This document shows positions 60,788-61,992 of a DNA stretch of 61,992 nucleotides, in pieces. The position numbers were made by a program, and so were the translations under genes. Origin of the DNA: Planctomycetota bacterium (GTDB taxonomy: Bacteria > Planctomycetota > UBA1135). The notes under the pieces were generated by a model that was not told the origin of the DNA, searched no databases, and saw nothing but the letters and a program-made list of their open reading frames with translations. The DNA lies in the NCBI GenBank assembly GCA_049609225.1, contig JBMYYH010000003.1:1-61992 (forward strand), read 5' to 3'. Numbering within the stretch: position 1 is the stretch's first letter; the number at the start of each line of letters is the position of its first letter.

Positions 60788-61687
60788 CTAGGAATCCTCC
60801 GCAGGTGCGGTTGGATCCGGGCGTTCCAAGGCCAAAGCATCGGGGTCATCCAACAGACGTGCAAGATGCAGGCGCACGAGTTCGGGGCGGGCGTCGCGCA
60901 GCAGTGGAGTCTGCATCCGCGCGCGCTTCAAGGATTCACTGTCGATGCGATGCACCAACAGTTCCTCTTCCTCCGCATCCGCCTCGGCGACGCTGAAGCC
61001 GAAAGGATTCAACACGCTCGATCCACCCCAGAACATGGTGCCATCCTCAAAGCCGACGCGATTACAGCGCATCACCCAAGTCTGGAAGAACAAGGACTGC
61101 GCCGAAGCCAAGGTGCGCCAGGCCTGATGCGAACTCAGTTCCGGTTCGGCCGTATCGATGCCGCGCGCAGGTGATGCCACCGGCACGATCAAGCCGTCGA
61201 CGCCCTGCAGGAAATGCAGCCATGCCGCCGACAAGTGCCATGCATCTTCACAGATGAGAATGCCGAACCGTCCGTGCTTGGAATCAATCGCGTGGAAGTG
61301 TTCGCCGGCCGCGAAGTAACGCCCTTCCTCGAAGATGCCGTAGTCCGGCAAGTGCACCTTGCGATGCACGCCCCGGATCTGACCATCTTCCGCGAACACC
61401 GCGGTGTTGTAGAAGCGATGATCGCGGCTCTGCTCGACCAAGCCGAAGACGATGCTGCAGTCCTTCGAGCGCGCGACCAACTCGGTCACACGTGGGTCCT
61501 CCAAGGTCATCGCGACTTCCTGGGTGAGATCCCGTAGGAAGTAACCGGTGACCGACAACTCGGGGAATACCGCGAGTTGGGAATCCTGTTCCAGGCAACG
61601 GTCGAGCCACTGGTGATGGGCTTCGAGGTTGTCTTGGAGCACGCCCAACTTGGGGCGCATTTGGCAGAGGGCGACGCGGCAATCCAT
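60788..61687 (-). CDS. Nitrilase-family amidohydrolase, probable glutaminase subunit for NadE
   Basis: Glu-Lys-Cys triad FPELSVTGY / RKVHLPDYGIFEEGRYF / ICEDAW. Confidence 0.88.
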   Translation of the reverse strand: MDCRVALCQMRPKLGVLQDNLEAHHQWLDRCLEQDSQLAVFPELSVTGYFLRDLTQEVAMTLEDPRVTELVARSKDCSIVFGLVEQSRDHRFYNTAVFAEDGQIRGVHRKVHLPDYGIFEEGRYFAAGEHFHAIDSKHGRFGILICEDAWHLSAAWLHFLQGVDGLIVPVASPARGIDTAEPELSSHQAWRTLASAQSLFFQTWVMRCNRVGFEDGTMFWGGSSVLNPFGFSVAEADAEEEELLVHRIDSESLKRARMQTPLLRDARPELVRLHLARLLDDPDALALERPDPTAPAEDS

Positions 61688-61689
61688 GG

Positions 61690-61992
61690 TCAGCGCAACG
61701 GGTGCTCTTCGAGCACCGTGCGCACGATGGTATCGCCGTCGAGCTCTTCAGCCTGAGCTTCATAGCGCAGGAGCACGCGATGACGCAGGGCGGGGAACAG
61801 GGCATCGCGGAGGTCTTCCGGTGCGACGTGGCCGCGACCACGCAACAGGGCCAGACCACGGGCACCGGCGAGGGTGGCCAGACCACCGCGCGGACTGGCG
61901 CCCCAAGTGACCGATTCGCGCACCAAGGTCGGTGCAGAAGGATCCTGTGGGTCGGTGGCGCGCAGGATCGCAGCGAGTTGCTCGAGGAAAGC
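61690..61992 (-). CDS. MoxR-family AAA+ ATPase, C-terminal part (start lies outside the window)
   Basis: WGASPRG, ALLRGRGHVAPED, ALRHRV. Confidence 0.88.
   Translation of the reverse strand, partial: AFLEQLAAILRATDPQDPSAPTLVRESVTWGASPRGGLATLAGARGLALLRGRGHVAPEDLRDALFPALRHRVLLRYEAQAEELDGDTIVRTVLEEHPLR

Overview
GC-rich bacterial chromosomal window. The secreted FG-GAP, HEAT, WD40 and DUF1501/DUF1800 proteins and several ECF sigma factors suggest Planctomycetota, which is inference only. Housekeeping genes: flavin disulfide reductase, queG, katG with a divergent Fur/PerR regulator, fused E2-E1 2-oxoglutarate dehydrogenase, cytidine deaminase, tRNA-Arg(CCG), nitrilase plus nadE, and a MoxR ATPase. 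Also present: a giant TPR/alpha-2-macroglobulin operon, a two-component system with tandem WD40 genes, two ECF sigma/anti-sigma operons, and a complete cyanophycin locus (iadA, cphB, cphA). The three strongest leads are: (1) an in-frame UGA at 50652-50654 inside an FG-GAP/ASPIC-UnbV/thioredoxin lipoprotein, followed directly by a SECIS-like hairpin, i.e. a candidate 1051-aa selenoprotein; (2) a CphA paralog next to cphA that has lost its ATP-grasp domain but keeps the Mur-ligase domain; (3) an unannotated minus-strand small RNA at about 17712-17820 with a sigma54-type promoter and its own terminator. No CRISPR array, rRNA, integrase or transposase was recognised. All family assignments come from motifs read by eye, not from database searches.
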